A program made the position numbers and the translations under genes. Source: Polyangiaceae bacterium (lineage in GTDB: Bacteria; Myxococcota_A; Polyangia; Polyangiales; Polyangiaceae). From it: a stretch of 15,769 nucleotides of DNA. Of this stretch, positions 14,914 to 15,769 are shown piece by piece; positions within the stretch are counted from its first letter, which is position 1; each line of letters begins with the position of its first letter. The notes under the pieces are model-generated. The model worked only from the letters and a program-made list of their open reading frames with translations, did no database searches and had not been told where the DNA came from. The DNA lies in assembly GCA_044222475.1 (NCBI GenBank), contig JBGANF010000166.1, positions 1 to 15,769 on the forward strand. The letters run 5' to 3'.

Positions 14914-15567
14914 GTGCAAGAGAGCGACCGCGCGAACGCCGAGCGGCTTCGGGCCGCGCTCTCGCGCGAGAGGGTGCCTCCGTCCGAGCTGCGCGCCGCG
15001 CTGACGAGCGTGCCGCTCCTCGATCGTGACGCGTGGCTCGACGTCGTCTTCGGACTCGAGGAGCTGCCCGACGATGAACCTACGCTTCCGCCCGGCTGCG
15101 TTCCCTACTTGCCGTGCCCGGTCGATGCGCTGCTCCACGTCGTGGATCACGCGGAGGTTCGATCCTCCGACGTGTTCGTCGACGTCGGCTCGGGGGTCGG
15201 GCGCGCGGCCGCGTTGGTCCATCTGCTGACCGACGCGACGGCGATCGGCATCGAGATCCAACCGGCGCTCGTCGCCGAGGCGCGCGCGCTCATGCGTCGA
15301 TTGAACGTCGATCGCGTGTCGTCGATCGAAGGCGACGCGGTGGCGCGCACGGACGTCCTGACGAAGGGGACGGTCTTCTTCCTCTACTGTCCGTTCAGCG
15401 GAGAGCGTCTCGAGAAGGTGCTCGACGCGCTCGAAGGGATCGCGCAAGCGCGCCCCATTCGCGTGTGCTGCGTCGGGCTCGCTCCGTTGTCGCGGCCGTG
15501 GCTGGCGTTGCTCGCCGAGCCGGCCAACGACGTGACGCTGTACCGCAGCACGCTCACCCCACGGTGA
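14914..15567 (+). CDS. Class I SAM-dependent methyltransferase
   Basis: PYLPCP, motif I VFVDVGSGVGR, IGIEIQ, IEGDA, FFLYCPF. GTG 14914 was chosen as start because it avoids overlapping the divergent TfoX gene and has TATGAT 6 nt upstream; the start is uncertain. Confidence 0.85.
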   Translation: MQESDRANAERLRAALSRERVPPSELRAALTSVPLLDRDAWLDVVFGLEELPDDEPTLPPGCVPYLPCPVDALLHVVDHAEVRSSDVFVDVGSGVGRAAALVHLLTDATAIGIEIQPALVAEARALMRRLNVDRVSSIEGDAVARTDVLTKGTVFFLYCPFSGERLEKVLDALEGIAQARPIRVCCVGLAPLSRPWLALLAEPANDVTLYRSTLTPR

Positions 15568-15769
15568 ACATCGCGGCGAGGGCGACGCAGCCGGCGAGCA
15601 CGGTCGCGCCGTGCACCATCCACGCGCCGTGCTTCCTCTGCACGAGGAGGCCGTCACCGAAGCCGCCGAGCCCCGACCGGTCGGGTGTATCCAGTCCAAT
15701 CTTCCCGGATGGTGGCATGATCCCGATCGCACGGGCGCGAACCTGACGTATCGTGGGGCCATGCGCCGC
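15554..15769 (-). CDS. Possible C-terminal fragment of a small membrane protein (DUF4267-like ending)
   Basis: The frame is open from the window edge to TGA 15556-15554. The last ~40 codons (GLGGFGDGLLVQRKHGAWMVHGATVLAGCVALAAMFTVG) are GC3-rich and hydrophobic, but the upstream codons look non-coding. Confidence 0.3.
   Translation of the reverse strand, partial: AAHGPTIRQVRARAIGIMPPSGKIGLDTPDRSGLGGFGDGLLVQRKHGAWMVHGATVLAGCVALAAMFTVG

Noticed and set aside
14914..15567. Methyltransferase as a tailoring enzyme for the RiPP (aspartimide-forming PIMT type)
   Set aside because: It lies over 3 kb and five genes away on the opposite strand, and I see no PIMT-specific motifs.

Overview
High-GC bacterial DNA; the gene content is consistent with a myxobacterium, but that is an inference. 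The centre of the window (3078-11653, minus strand) is a compact five-gene RiPP cluster of the ATP-grasp (graspetide) type. In transcription order it encodes: (1) a 1775-aa single-chain peptidase-containing ABC transporter (active C39-TMD-NBD-2x cNMP-binding-like-inactive C39-TMD-NBD); (2) a HlyD-family adaptor; (3) a 59-aa precursor missing from the ORF track (5126-5305), with a double-glycine leader (EISDEELQKIAGG) and core APKRYSKTIDVSVGRTDVDDAF; (4) an MvdC/MvdD-like ATP-grasp ligase; (5) a TIGR04500-like SurA/PpiC-related maturation protein. The precursor gene has a candidate promoter of its own, a strong RBS and a long downstream hairpin. Left flank: a partial lipoprotein, a DUF4259-like protein, a VOC protein and a lipoprotein serpin. 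Right flank: two membrane proteins, a CsgA-like SDR, a lipoprotein gene frameshifted by a perfect 28-bp tandem duplication, a TfoX-N domain protein and a class I SAM methyltransferase. No RNA genes, CRISPR arrays or mobile elements were seen. Family assignments come from motif recognition, not database searches.
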